From a virus (lineage: Duplodnaviria > Caudoviricetes), in IMG/VR virus record IMGVR_UViG_3300036794_000068, positions 1 through 34,324 of that record: a stretch of 34,324 nucleotides of DNA; one strand, given 5' to 3'. This document shows positions 34,143 to 34,324 of this stretch, piece after piece; position 1 is the first letter of the stretch; the number at the start of each line of letters is the position of its first letter. Position numbers and translations under genes: made by a program. The notes beneath the pieces were generated by a model. It was not told where the DNA came from, did not search any database, and worked only from the letters and a program-made list of their open reading frames with translations.

Positions 34143-34290
34143 AGGTTCTACACCTCCAGTCCCGGAATAATTTGAGAGATTAGACCGATGTTTACTCCAT
34201 AAAAAACTTATCAGGCGCTTCAAAGTAGCGAGCTGTCCACACCATAATAAACATTGTATCAAAATATTTTAAAAGTTTCTGCTTTGATTA

Positions 34291-34299
34291 TGTTATAAT
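34291..34299 (+). promoter_or_regulatory. Extended -10 promoter for the tRNA
   Basis: TGtTATAAT. Confidence 0.6.
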
Positions 34300-34308
34300 A
34301 AAATCATC

Positions 34309-34324
34309 GGTTCTTTAGCTCAGT
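34309..34324 (+). tRNA. 5' end of a tRNA gene, truncated by the window edge; isotype unknown
   Basis: GGTTCTT-TA-GCTC-AGT matches acceptor 5' strand, U8-A9 and D stem. Confidence 0.6.

Larger units (their letters stand above)
1..34324 (+). mobile_element. Temperate phage/prophage segment (replication through lysis and accessory morons), contractile-tail type; boundaries lie outside the window
   Basis: Co-oriented gene order replication-late regulator-terminase-portal-head-tail-baseplate-fibre-holin-lysin followed by AT-rich morons. Confidence 0.95.

Overview
The window is most of a temperate phage or prophage from an AT-rich Firmicute. The early genes resemble lactococcal P335-type phages (recognised from memory, not from a search). 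On the + strand it runs through: a replication initiator with an internal origin, a string of small early genes, a late transcription regulator, and a decayed tRNA. It continues with terminase, portal, a MuF-type head protein extended by a GNAT-like domain plus a small partner gene, and a membrane-protein moron. Next come the head genes, a contractile-tail (myovirus-type) module with sheath, tube, tape measure, baseplate and a repeat-built fibre, and a lysis cassette whose GH25 endolysin has an internal start. The last ~2.9 kb is an accessory block with a Panacea-type TA pair, two tandem promoter-sRNA-terminator cassettes, a GNAT TA pair, a type I TA-like locus and the first bases of a tRNA gene. 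No integrase, repressor or att site is visible. All family calls come from motif recognition and synteny; none were computed.
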